From: Pecten maximus
Taxonomy: Eukaryota
Direction: 5' to 3'
Assembly (NCBI RefSeq): GCF_902652985.1
Contig: NC_047028.1
Span: 25,110,001 to 25,174,000 of the forward strand
DNA: 64,000 nucleotides
A model generated the notes under the pieces. It was not told the DNA's origin, did not search any database, and saw only the letters and a list, made by a program, of their open reading frames with translations. Both the position numbers and the translations under genes were made by a program. Positions 1 to 12,500 of the stretch are shown here, piece after piece (position 1 is the first letter of the stretch; every line of letters starts with the position of its first letter).

Positions 1-1825
1 GTACTGGCTAGCGAGACACACAGCACAAGGCACGTCGTGTACATTATCTGCAAAGCCAAACAAGCCATCACCTGTGTCTTCATATTCGGCTCCATACACA
101 TAGCCTACCCAGAGGTCACTATTATAGACAAGGTCTTTGTGAGGACCCCAGATAGGATCAGAGGGCATACACAGGTACTCGGCTGCGGCCCCGGTGTCTG
201 TGTACATGGAACCCCCAGCGTACCCGGTGTACACCAATGATGTTGTGTTTCCAGAGCAGTCCTTTCGTCCCCAGCGAGTAAACACTGCTGCTCCTTTGTT
301 AGTCTGTACTGTTGTTTGGAGCTGTGCGACTGTGCTTTTTAAATCGGCGTTTTCCCTTTCTTGAGCATTTAGCTTCACCTACAATGAAACGGTTGAATAA
401 TTTAATCTTGTTTGTAACAAGCATTAATATTTCCACTGGCTTAAGATTTACTTGTGATCAGCTGTTAACGTAAAAATTAAAAAAAAAAAAAAAAAAATGA
501 CGCCGTTTGTAACGCCGCTTCTGATGTGAAGAGAGTCCATCAACAAAAGTGGATTTACGCATGATTGTGTACAGTAAGTCAAATCATAAGTATATTTACT
601 GGAATATGGAGAGATATATCTAACAAAACAAAAAAACAACAAAAAAATGGAATGTAGTACTGTATTTCTCTTCTCCAAATAAACTGTATATACGTTGTGA
701 TTGAATTTACTTTCTACCATAATGGGTGGGCGTTACACAACTCCAATGACACTAAGTAATCATTCGTGACCTTTGACCGGGACTTTTAATGTTTTATCAC
801 GTGGTTTATTGCGTTTTGATTGGCTAACACTTAAAGACCCCATCACCGTGTCGCGAAAGTGATAACACACACACACAGTAACTTGCGAGTGTTTTTGTGA
901 AACAAGGGTCACATGCGTTTTTAAATATCTAAATCTGAATACCATCCAATGCTGATAATGTTAACAAAGTTTGAATGAATTCCAATAGAAATTCAACAAA
1001 TGATAATCAAAATTGTGATTACCCCTTGTAAATCATAGTAAACTTTACCCACTCCTCGGAGGCAAACGCGAGACCCAAGGGTAATGAAATTCAATTCACA
1101 ATTATGGTAAAGCACCTTAGGCCCTTCCATATATGAAGAGTATTTGATTCTACCTTATTTTGGTCTTGAGAAGAATTGAGCCTATTGAAATTGCATTTAT
1201 GCTATATCTGGGTTTTGGTGTAGGACATTGGATAGGGATTCTGGCATTCATTGACGTGCTTTGACTATGTAATCACTAGCGGACTTTCAGGAAATGTCCG
1301 CCTCGCCATCTTACATCTTTGACACATAAAAGCTACTATTACAAGTGTCGTATACTCTCTGTAGTCTACCAAAGCCATACATATAAACAGTCAATACTGC
1401 AAAACGAATGGACGGGCACCAAAACCAGACATTTTGCACACCACATCAACTAAAAGAACGAAAGAGGCGTTATGGAAAGCTAAATGGTTCACGTTTCAAC
1501 AATGTTTTTTCTTAATTGTCTTAAAGGTGCCATTTTATAACGTTTGGTAGGGTGTGTATAATAATTTACATGTAAATACATTTCAAGCTGTGCATGATGT
1601 ACATCAGTGACGTATGTATATAATATTCCCACATAATTTTTTTGACCTTGACATCGCGACCTTTCTCATCATATTACTGACCTGTAGCTCCTGTAACTCT
1701 GACTGGAACCTTGTCAGCTCCTGCTGTATGTATTGAGGGTCACTCAACAGGATTCGTTTCTGGGCAGTCTCGGAACACTGAGATCCGGCGACTATCAACA
1801 GCACAAGCCATACAGTACGAATCAT
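1..1825 (-). CDS. Secreted short-chain collagen C4-like (spongin/collagen IV NC1-related) protein, 5' part; exons 1825-1682 and 378-<1
   Basis: Exon 1 MIRTVWLVLLIVAGSQC... is a signal peptide plus coiled coil and ends CAG|GTCAGT. Exon 2 follows ttcattgtAG and reads in frame VKLNAQERENADLKSTVAQLQ...VFTRWGRKDC...VYTGYAGG...AAEYLCMPSDP...YVYGAEYE...HDVPCAVC, the motif set of the mollusc-expanded short-chain collagen C4-like family. It continues past position 1. Confidence 0.85.
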
Positions 1826-2110
1826 CTTCGTTCCTCGATGTAGGTCTGCACTGCGTTATCACCTTTTGACTCAAAGATAAGACTTTATACACAAGACAGA
1901 TAATTCGCCAAATTCGCCAATCATACACGCGCTTTAAATTCTGAAGATTGTACATTCTTCAACAGATAACCAATCAGAAGTTTTATAGTGAACCTATTTC
2001 AGAAATATGTAGCTTCATTTCCTTACTATTGATAATATACATGTAGTACACAAATGGAATAAAACAGGGCTAGAGAGTCTGCATAGCTCATCTGAATATT
2101 TTTGTTATCT

Positions 2111-2296
2111 TTGGTAAATTTATTTAACGTCCTATGAACAGCCAGGGTCGTACGGACGTAACGACAGGAGGAGTAACCGGAGAAAACCACCGACCTATGG
2201 TCAGTACCAAGCAACTGCCTCAATGTGGGTTTCGAACTCTCTATCCATGCAGAAGTGGAGGGCTAGTGATAAAGTGTCGGTTCACCTTAACCGCTA
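2111..2296 (-). mobile_element. tRNA-derived V-domain-like SINE, diverged copy
   Basis: Reverse complement matches the copies at 2528-2740 and 36948-37177 (tttaacgtccta..aacagccagggtc, gaaaaccaccg, gtttcgaactc, gagggctagtgataaagtgtcgg). Confidence 0.8.
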
Positions 2297-2527
2297 TGAT
2301 CATTGCAAAAATTAGTTTCCGACTTTTTGGGTTGCCTCTCCCAACAATGGATTCAGCTAAAAAAATATTCCCAACATTAAATTTCATTGGAAAACTTCAC
2401 ACTTACGACAGGTAAGATATATCGTAATATCAGAGGTTACAACAAAAAACCTATATTGGAAAAAGTATAGGACAAAACTAAGAAGCAATGCATTTCCCAA
2501 CCGTGTGACTGACCCTTGGATCCTATA

Positions 2528-2741
2528 GGGCCGCGGTGGCCGAGTGGTTAAGGTGTCCAGACACTTTATCGATAGCCCTCCACCTCTGGGCTGCGAGTTC
2601 GAAACCTACGTGGGTACTGACCGTAGGCCGGTGGTTTTTCTCGGGATACTCCGGCTTTCCTCCACCTCCAAAACCAGGCACGTCCTGAAAAGACCATGGC
2701 TGTTAATAGTACGTTAGACAAAATAAACCAAATAAACCAAA
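2528..2741 (+). mobile_element. tRNA-derived V-domain-like SINE
   Basis: A box GGTGGCCGAGTGG, B box GAGTTCGAAACC, V-like core ggtttttctcgggatactccggctttcctccacc and an aaataaacc tail. Flanked by ccttgga on both sides and inserted into a LINE remnant. Confidence 0.85.
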
Positions 2742-2865
2742 CCTTGGAACACTACCTCATGCAGTGATTAACACCACAGCTGCTTTATAATCAAACCTGA
2801 ATCAAGTCTGGAAGGTTAAGGATCGGTGTTAACAGGATAGGTGTCAATTAGGCCGTTACAGATCC

Positions 2866-2947
2866 ATCTTCGCTAATCAAGGGTTACTCTACGCTAAGCT
2901 CCATTTCACGGGGCTTAGCGTAGAGTAACCCTTGGTTAGCGAGGATG
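2866..2947. mobile_element. Short palindromic (hairpin) insertion, CATCTTCGCTA..CAAGG family
   Basis: Near-perfect inverted arms of about 38 bp flanked by ttacagatc/taacagatc. The same termini occur at 46675-46743. Confidence 0.7.
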
Positions 2948-5900
2948 TAACAGATCATATACCTGCTCTCACACTTCTTTATTCCAATCATGGTAATAAT
3001 TTAGCATCCGAAGACGTTCCCCGTAGCTCAGATTACGCAAGTAGGACATAAGCTTTGTCGCACGGCTCTGCACGCTTTTCAATGTTTTGTACCTAAAAGA
3101 TTTTAATTTTAACCCATCAGTACGGTTAGTCTTTATCGCCAGGATGTTGACGTGTTCGGTGCATTTCAGGTTGTTATGCATGGTTTAATCCATTGTCTTT
3201 TTTGATCGTCTCTTGAAAGTTTCAATGGTGATGTCGTTTCCTGGTAGTGAGTAGCCCTGGTCTGCACACATTTTCGCTCTTTGTTAACATGTGCCACAAA
3301 CTGATACATTCGTTGACACTGCTGGCAACTTCATGAATAAATTTGATACTTTCTACAGATGTTATTTTACCCTACAGCTTGGCGTAGTCCGCGAACAGTT
3401 TAACCATATCACTTAACACACCCGGGAGATTATCTATTACTAATCCAAATACACTACCTTGCAAACTCCACTTTATATTATTACCGTCGATTACTACACG
3501 ATCCTTCATGCCGTGAAGAAAGCCTTAATTCAAGTCCCGATGTTGCCACAATGACTCACCTTTTCGCTTTTTTCAAGAGTGTTGTTTTTTTGTTGAGCAG
3601 TGCCGTTTACTATTGAAAATCGAGATACACAACATCTACATGGTTTCCTGTCGAACTGGCAAGATCTCTGGCTAGTTAACCATGCCTTTTGTATACATAA
3701 CTGCAGCCTGTCTTCGTCTTGGAACGTGTACATCTCGAGCACTGTGTGGGGTCACTTCCAAGCTGTCTTTCTCCACGAGGCACACCGATTTCTTTATTTG
3801 TCACAGCGGTAAAACAATACACATATTTCTTCCGTTTTTCTTTTATGTTTGAATGAGTGGGTGTTGGCGGTACAGTTCGACTTTATGAGTGGGAATAAAC
3901 CATGCTGTACAGCTATCATCATCCACATACCAACTCGGTCCAAATATAGCTCATCGGAAATAGCTTTGTAGTATCCTACCTACAAAACGTGTTATCTCAA
4001 CAATAGCCAGAGGAAATTCGGGCTATCTCCACAATAGCTCGACTCTGTACGAGTAATTGAGTAATTACATGTAGTTGTAATTTAGAATAAACATACACGT
4101 ACAGTGATCACTTTTTTCTCAAGCCAGTGTAATAGGCACATTAAATGATTTTTACCATCAATTTCTCACTCGTTATAACCTAGTCTAAAAGTGATGGATT
4201 ATATCAGATTGAAACCGCGCCGGTTGTGTAATATGTTGCAATATAAAATTATTCTGTACGGATTCCAAGAACTTGCTGGAATGATGGTTTTCATCTGCAG
4301 ATGTAGAATTTGTTGATCAATTTATTTCCTTCTTATTGAAATCACTGGTATAGCGAGTATATGTTAAACAGTAAACGTATAAATAAGGGGGAATAATTTT
4401 TTGCAAAAAAAAAAGAGTAATACTTATTGTTTAGGGGAACACAAATTTATATCATAATTATAATGTATACCAAGTTTCAAGATCGGGTAAAAAAGGTTAA
4501 GGCAGATCGTCGGACAAACAAAAATTTACCCCCGACGGACAGACGACGCCATACCATAAAGGTAACTTAAGTACTTAAACAATTATTTGGCAAAATACTG
4601 TCACCATTTTAATATATCGTACTGACAGCACATACTGTTTCATGAATTTTACAAATAAGTCTGCAGATAGCCCGCTCTGTTACCTTGCCCGCCGGTTATC
4701 TGTACCTAATGAATTTTGAGTACCATCACACTATCGGAGGAATCGTCCAAATATATTTCTATGTCTAATACGAGTTGTTGGCACTTTTTACGTAAACGAA
4801 CATGTAAATGTACCATACATTTCTCTGTTAATGTTGTCAATGTCGGCACCAGTTACCACACCACATTTCCCACATATAGATGTAAAAGGTTAACTGTGGG
4901 CAGCATATAAGCCTTCGACGACGCAGAGAAGATCTCTTAAAAGGAAAAAACATAGTTATAAAGCAGAGTTTTAATTGAATGTCAAAATCTTGATAACCGG
5001 GAGGTGGTCAGTGTCTGGACCTTCCGGAAGCGACTCGGATATATATGGTGATAGGAAATAATGTCGCTTTTCGTTGTAAAAAGTTGTCTGTTTCGGTACA
5101 GGTGGCGAGAGATAAGTTTGAATAAATGTACATGTATTAGATAATTGAATGTATAACTGAGGTTGAATGACATCGGTTTTGACAGATATTGTATAGCCTG
5201 CAGAAGTCAGTTTTTAATTCTTTAAATCATATTTCCAGCGGGCAATACATAAGAAATTAGGGTTACTATGAACAGAATAACTACTCACCTATCTTCTTGA
5301 AGTATTTGTGTACTAATCATAAGAAAACTAAGAAAACGTTCCAAATGACCTAAATGACAAAATATTCTTCAATGTCACTTCAAATTATTGATATGCAATG
5401 AAAATATATATTGTCATCCAGGATATTATAGTTTCAATATGATGTACAAAAACGAATTTTTTATCACATCTGATCCTATTCGGATGTACTCTGCTTTCGT
5501 GTGTGATAAGAAATATAATTTATAAACCTTTTAGAAACGTTAGCACACAATCAAGGAAATATACAACCTATATACACCTTAGGATGTAATCATAATTTAA
5601 AACGTCTTTTGTTTTAATCATTTTCATTTTATTGTTCATCTTTGAAATAAACTGTGTTGTTAGTTCATTATTATCAGAAAAGCAAATTAGCGGATGTATA
5701 TATTGTATAATAATGCACCAGTTTGTAAAATAAATAAATGAGCCGTATTCAAAATCAGTTGATTTTCAAATTCGCATAATAAAAGAAAATCACTATAATA
5801 TATAATAATTATACATAAGTTTGAATATAATAAGCACATCAATTTAAACAATTTCAATAATTTCTATCACTAAAGTAATACAAGAGATATATTTTGATAA

Positions 5901-6539
5901 TATTTCTGTCGTGAAACTGTATAGGATTTGATCTTCTATATTGTACGGGGTCTTCAAGCATTATTATATACTACTTCTTTGATGCGATGAATTTGTAAAG
6001 CAATACAAATATAATTATAATTTAAAATTCAGTAAAAAGGGAGATAGATATATCTATAAAAATATTTACACTAAACGGACCATCGGTAAAAAATTGACTA
6101 GAAATAAATCTAACTACGGATCATATAAAAATAAAACAAAAGTATACGCATTATCAAAATCATCTTAACATCTGAACCCCCATGTAAGAATCGATGTGGA
6201 GTATATAAAAATGGAAAAAGGATAACAAAGTTGTATTTCACTACACTTCATTGATAAAAATAAATGAATAATGCATTTATCATGATTGTATATTTCGGAT
6301 TCCAATGCGACATCGCTTGATACTATGGAAAGATATTGACATATATAGGGCTTACCAGGTTAGTGAGGACTCGTGTCCTATATGGTGTCATAAAAAAAAT
6401 GTTTTGGCATGCTTTTATCGGGTGCGCATCAGACTAAAATCAGTGTCCTATCTCTACTAATAGAAACTGAAGATATGCTTTTAATACTGAATACTAAAAG
6501 TGATTTAGGTGTGCCCTTAATGAAGCAGTATATATATAG

Positions 6540-9500
6540 TTACAGCCTAAGGACATGGTGTATATAATACACAGCATAATCTTTGAATAAAACGTCAAGT
6601 AAATGGAAGGAACCTGAAACAGAAAATACATAAAAATAATGAGTACAATCCAGCTCCAATAATACTATCACACATGGCTATTTCCCGCTTACGTTTGATC
6701 CCATTAAAACTACAGCTAAATATTTAATCTCAAAACAACTTCATGCAGACTGAAAGTGATTGGATGCTAAATCTTCACTGATAATTAGAAACTCTACGAC
6801 ACTCGAAGATTGGATGCTAAATCTTCACTGATAATTTGAAACTGTATCACACTCGAAGATTGGATGTTAAATCTTCACTGATAATTATGAAGATTGGATG
6901 CTAAATCTTCACTGATAATTTGAAACTGTATGGCATTCGAAGACTGGATGCTAAATAATCACTGATAATTTGAAACTGTATGACATTCGAAGATTGGATG
7001 CTAAATCTTCACTGATAATTTGAAACTGTATGACATTCGAAGTTTGGATGCTAAATCTTCACTGATAATTTGAAACTGTATGACAATCGAAAATTGGATA
7101 CTAAATCTTCACTGATAATTTGAAACTGTATGACATTCGAAGTTTGGATGCTAAATAATCACTGATAATTTGAAACAGCTGTATGACATTCGAAGACTGG
7201 ATGCTAAGTAATCACTGATAATTTCGAAAATGAAAATAACTTCACCTAACAGCTACAGATATCGATCTCTGAGGACTTAACAATTTTGTTTTCATCCACA
7301 AACGAAAAAAAAAACACATAACAAACGTACAACTATAGATACATGAAGTATGCACTATATCCTGTGAGAGTTATGGGGCTTTCTCTGTCTAGATTGTGTT
7401 TGAAACGCAGATCTGTCATTTGAACAAATTAATACAACGCATATACTTTCTAATCCTTGCTACACTACATTGCCTCTCCATTTTTCTCAGTGTCTATCTT
7501 GAATGGATGTTGTTAGGACTTACGTTTAACAATACAAAGTCAAATCAATAGATTGAATAATTGAATAAAGTATCTGTTCGATTTTTTTCTTTATGATATA
7601 GAACATACACTGCATAGGTAATCTATTGGCTTCATTTTTAATTATTTTCAGGCGACAGCATCCGAGACGCCCAACAACAACGTTAACGGTATATTGGAAT
7701 TCGGATGCAGAATAAAGTCTCCATCACAAGTAAGACGTAAAAGTGACCCAAGATCACAATCTTTCTGCTCTGATTTTTTAGGTCATCTATGACCTATAGC
7801 CATCGTGCTCCGTTCATCGTCATGCGCCGGGCCCAGAAAGGGGAACTTTGCTGAATTTTTGCTTTAAAGCCATACTCTTAATCCTTTGTTGGATTACAAC
7901 CAAATTTGGTGTGAAACGTCATTGTGGGAGGGTAATCATATTTTGATGAGGCTGGTCCGACCTCTAGGGACAGAAGGGTGAAGCCCAAAAAAGAGAACTT
8001 TGCTGAAATTTTGATTTCATCCAAAATTTGATGTGAAACATCCTTGAAAGAGGGTAATCATATTTTATATAAATGAGGCTGGTATGACCCCTGCTCAACT
8101 CCTTCTTAAACCTTGGGGGGTTACATCCTAATTTTGTGTCAAACATCGTTTGGGGAGGCTAATGATATTTTACGTTCGGGTGGGTTACAATCACATCTAT
8201 ATAAATGAGTCTCGTGTGACCACTGGGGCCAGTTGGCAGGGGCTCCAAATAGGGAATCTTTGCTTTAATTTTGTTTAAAACTATACTCCTCCTTAACGTT
8301 TAAGTAGATTATAACCATACTTGGTGTGAAACATCATTGGGGAGAGGGCAATCATGTTAGTCTGGCATGGCCCCTGAGAACAGAGGGGCAGGCCAAAAAT
8401 GGAAAATTTTGCTGATATTTTGCTTTTAAACCCTACTCCTCTTTAACCGTTCGGTTGATTATAACCAAATGTGGGGGAGGACAATCATACTTTACGTAAA
8501 TGGCTGATGTGACCTATGGGCCGAAAGGTGGGGGAACTTTGTTTTGTAATTTTGCTTTCTATATTCATGTATAATGGTTCAACTGTCAGATGACCGTTAT
8601 AAGGGCCATGGCCTTCTCGTTCCTTTCTATTTTTTGTATAAACATATTGCATTGATCTTTTATCTTTAGATGTGATCTGTTGAAGAAATCACTTTCAGTA
8701 TACAGTAATAAGAAGCTTGCGAACAATTGAGGCAATGCTGCAGCAAATGATTGCAACAAAGTTGCTGCATATATGCGGTAAATATTCAGAATCCACATCC
8801 AAATGAAGTTTCTTGCAAAATATTGCCATAACATTGCTGCAATCAGTTGTTACAGAGTTGTTGCAAATCTGATAGATAATTTTGAATCAATCAAAAAGTT
8901 TTGTGGTTCTGTAATGATCAATAGTTCTCAGTTTACAAATCCTAAAATCCTATAGCGTTCTCACCACTGACCTATGACCAGATGAGCTAGGTCCAAGTCA
9001 TACTTTCAGTTCCTAGATTTGTTCGTTGGCTGTTAGTTTTTTCTCCAATTCTGAACAATGTAGATACATTATATATCATATTGTTTATTTTAGCTTTCAT
9101 CAATATTACCTGTTATATTTGATTTTGTTGATTTCTATTATGAAACTTACTCCAGATGGGGAAGGACATAAAAGCCACTATGCTGCAGCTAATTCTGTAC
9201 CACAGTAGAGGTAAAATTTTGAGATTTGGACTATGAATTGTAATTGTATACATATAACTGCAAAGCTCTCACAAGCAAAAACTGTTTGCGTTACATTTCG
9301 GTAAGGGGCTGTATAAAATTTGAGTTAAATCAGTCGAAGGGAACTCAATTATGTTGCAGTCTGCGAACTAATTTCCTTTTCACAGTAACACTGGCCTACC
9401 ATGATCTTTGACCTTCAGTTATAAAAGCAATCGCAAGTAACCAGCGCTTTAAGCCTTTGTTAATGCAAATTGGAAAATATCATAATGTGTCCTTCTCGAT

Positions 9501-12500
9501 TGTACGTTCTAGCATCGCCGTTAGTAAATCAACATACAGAACACAATCTAGATTTTGACTTACCTAATGTTGGGCTGGCTATCAGGGTAAGCTGGAGTAG
9601 GATTTGCCCTGATATATATGACCACTGTAGCAACAGTTGCTTAGATACATCCTCTGCAGTTGACCCATCAGCCTATCAAACATAAATCAAATGGTACACG
9701 GATAATACACATACACATTAAAACAAATGTCACCTACTGATTTTTCTACTAACGTAACATTTCTGGATCATGCGACTTTGCATCGCCATGGCCTGTGTAT
9801 CAACTTTGGAGAGAGCATTATTGATATCTAAGGCATCACTGGGACTGGGCCATTGAAACAATGATATAATCAAGAATGTATTTCAATTGTCTTTCTTTTC
9901 GCGTTAGCTGATAAGTTAGTTACTGGTTACAATAGCCAATGCCCTGTCTGTATCTTGTTAATGTACAGTACATGGTTATGATATATGTAGGGATCAGGAA
10001 TATGCTTCCGTTCAGAAATGAAGCTCCCAGCGGTTGAGGGCATGTCCCAGGGCTAATCAGATCATTATTATAAGAAGTTTTATTTACTTTCTATTGACAT
10101 ATATACCTCATTATCATGAAGATGATCAAGGATGATTGTTTCGATCCACTCTATATACTCCTCAAGAGCACAGTTGTTGATCAAAAGTTGTTGAAATCTT
10201 CCAAGGTCTTAAAAAAATATAAAAAGACAAAAATTAACTAGAGAATGTCTGTAAGACATTATGCCCCTACTGCCATTTGACACCCCAAATCATGAACAAA
10301 CACAAGGTACTACACTGAAAATGGCTTCATATATTCATATGGTGTTTCCACCTGTCACTATATCCATAACATATAGAGAGAGTATCATGTATGGAGGAGT
10401 TTATATTTAGCAATAGTGACCTTGACCTTGGAATCCTGAAACACAATAATGTCAAAAGTATACTCAAACTCTGTATAAGTTGTATTTTGTCTTTAAACTC
10501 TTTGTTTTGTGTATTAACTTCCATCAAAATCTGTTAAGATATATATATGCTACATGTTGCTACAATGATGACATTGAATGGGTTGATGATTTTCGATATT
10601 TAGCAAGTGACCTTGCCTTTGAAAGTTTACTCATACACAAACTGTTTAAAAGTTTGGTGAAAATTTATGACAGAATGTCATTGTTCGGTTGTAAAATTGA
10701 ACAAACTGATGATTTTCTATATCTAGCAACAGCGACCTTTCCCTTGACCTTGGAATCCTGAAACATAACAATGTCAGAAGTATACTCATACTTAACCTTT
10801 GTATATATAGCTTTGTGAAAATCAAAGAAAGAAAGTCACTAGGTGTAAATATTGAATAATATGGGATGGGGAATTTTAAATCCAGACTGGAGTCACAATA
10901 AGTCTGAATGCTATCCTATCTGGTTATATAACAGCTATCAAATCAATCAAGATTTATTTCAAACAGTCTGAGATGAAACTACTTGCATTGTCTGACAGTG
11001 TCCTCATCCATATTGCCATGGTTACAGCGGGCTGTGATGTCTTCTATGTCTAGGTTTTGGAGGACGATCTGGAGGCGATTGACCAGTTCATGGTTGTGGA
11101 GGACAAATCTAGCAGCTGTAGCAGTCCAAGACAACTGGAGGTTCTGTCTCATCTTAAACTGGAACTTGTGACAGGCTGCACAAGATACAACACAGCAACA
11201 AAACAATCAGATGAAATAAAAAAGCTTCACCCTTCAAGCAAATGAAGAAATGCCAAAATTTAGCACTTTGGAAATGTTTATCAGGAAGATGCTCCTATCT
11301 TCAAACATGTGCAAACTTCTAAAGGTGACCATGCATTCCTGTTAAACTAGTTGTTTCAAGTTTGGTACATAATTAAGCTTGTAACATAACTATAAGCTGT
11401 CAATACTTAAATATTCCCGCGTTTCGCTTAGTATAGCGGGAATAATTTGTCTCTGTCGGCACGTAAATGCAGGTGTTGCACGTGCCGTGACGTCACAGTG
11501 GTTCACGTGTATCGGTTATACAGTGTGTGTGTCATTCCTAGCCGCCGCGCCGTACTGTACGATTATGTCATATAATTTTTCCGTGTAGTTATATGATTTC
11601 TAGCGTCAATGGTGTCACAGTAGTTCATATTTGTCTAGCCTATAAATCCAGCATATGAAATCTTAAGCATTGAGGGCTGGTGCACCTCCTGCTCTCCCGT
11701 AAGACAGGAGTTTCAGGTTGGGTGGCTCGCTTGATTTCACATAGGCCATATAGGATTAAGCTTCAGGCTAATTTTAGGTCAATGTTATCATAGGGATGGT
11801 GTCGGTGTTCCTTTAGATTTGGCTATTTATTTCGCATCATTTTTAAGACATCAGTGTATTTGCATCATATGAAATTGCCATGAATTTTGCTTTTCTGAAT
11901 AAAATCCGGCTTCCTATACACGGCGGGCTAGTCGGCAAATGGAATTTGCGTGTTTGTTGTTGTATTAGTATAGAGGAGACTTATGGAATCACTGTAGCCG
12001 TCCATGTAGGTATATATACTTATAGCACTCTTTTCTTCTTTTTAATTGAAAATCATGATTCAGTAACCACCGTATATTAATCATCAAGAAATGGAAATTC
12101 ACTAACCTTCCAGTTTTTGTTCTCGTAATCTCTTTGGATACATGTGGAGTCCTTCAGTTATCCAAAAGTCAAGGTTGTCAATGAAGTCTTTGATAAATTG
12201 CACGAGACTGTAAGTACGAAGCAATAGAGGCTTGCATTACTGATAATTGGTCTGCATTATGCATCAAAGTTCTGTCACCTCTGCCAACAATACTGATAAT
12301 TAAAAAAAAAGAATGACGAAGGGGTTGGTTTAATGTGAAAACTTATCCTGAAAGTGTTGCCTAACATGATATTTTACCATAAAGGTGTTAGTTGAATGTG
12401 GAATCTTTCCCTGAAGGTGTTGGTTGAATGTAGAAGCTTACTCTGAAAGTGTTGGTTGAATGTGTAATCTTATCCTGAAGGTGTTGTTTGAATGTGGAAG

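Larger units (their letters stand above)
2425..4370 (-). mobile_element. Degenerate CR1/L2-like LINE ORF2 remnants (endonuclease and RT fragments; 3' tail inverted at about 2425-2815)
   Basis: Minus strand: KFLESVQNNFILQHITQP...LLD...SDH (endonuclease end, about 4100-4300), VDVVYLDF (about 3615-3640), QGSV...KLFADYAKL (about 3375-3470) and KSVQSRATKLMSYLRNLSYGERLRML (about 3000-3080). Plus strand: RTKLRSNAFPNRVTDPW. Many stops and frameshifts. Confidence 0.75.

Noticed and set aside
2528-2615. tRNA-like sequences here and at about 37090-37174, 39650-39736 and 59290-59363
   Set aside because: They are SINE heads continuing into shared SINE bodies, not stand-alone tRNA genes.
4975-5349. Exon-like segments on the minus strand (5349-5289 and 5197-4975) downstream of RFX
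   Set aside because: Splice signals look plausible, but the phases do not join into the open frame and no family motif is recognisable. RFX already terminates at 6540.
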